The notes under the pieces: generated by a model
The model's input: the letters and a program-made list of their open reading frames with translations, nothing else
Database searches by the model: none
Told to the model about the DNA's origin: nothing
Made by a program: the position numbers and the translations under genes
Origin: an uncultured delta proteobacterium
GTDB lineage: Bacteria; Myxococcota_A; UBA9160; SZUA-336
NCBI GenBank assembly: GCA_963704165.1
Contig: CAVPHD010000011.1
Span: forward strand, 96,001 to 160,000
Length of the DNA: 64,000 nucleotides
Direction: 5' to 3'
In this document: piece by piece, positions 63,963 to 64,000 of the stretch
How the letters are laid out: the number at the start of each line of letters is the position of its first letter
Numbering within the stretch: the first letter of the stretch is position 1

Positions 63963-64000
63963 CGCGCAGCTCCGCCAGCCGAACCACTCGCGTCCGTGGC
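63955..64000 (-). CDS. 3' end of an upstream gene (partial)
   Basis: Frame reading PRTRVVRLAELRGE* overlaps the sulfotransferase start. Confidence 0.35.
   Translation of the reverse strand, partial: PRTRVVRLAELRGE

Overview
A very GC-rich chromosomal window that looks like Myxococcota/Deltaproteobacteria (RomR homologue, MglA-like GTPase, myxobacterial-type PilZ, three sigma-54 activators). Many single-base frameshifts, even in tpiA, point to uncorrected long-read errors. Core content: hflK/SPFH/nfeD, coaBC, coaD, rsmD, a peptidoglycan-recycling cluster (slt, dacB, amgK-murU-MBL hydrolase, anmK), a GT4-MT-GT4-MT operon, romR-nadC-birA-coaX-EF-G-like, a helicase-exonuclease fusion, gap-pgk-tpiA-secG and two tRNA-Leu. 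After tRNA-Leu(GAG) comes an accessory catabolic block: LLM oxidoreductase, acetone-carboxylase-like acxABC, radical SAM, ferritin-like diiron protein, VOC and sulfotransferase. Most notable: (1) a recurrent sigma-28/WhiG-like promoter motif (best copies TCAAG-N15-NCCGAT) upstream of up to eight mostly signalling/polarity genes, including an orphan flgM and romR; (2) an MglA paralogue lacking both catalytic residues, in an operon with a multi-GAF/degenerate-GGDEF protein; (3) a translationally coupled acpS / degenerate acylase / catalytically dead DinB operon. All calls come from reading motifs by eye; no database searches were run.
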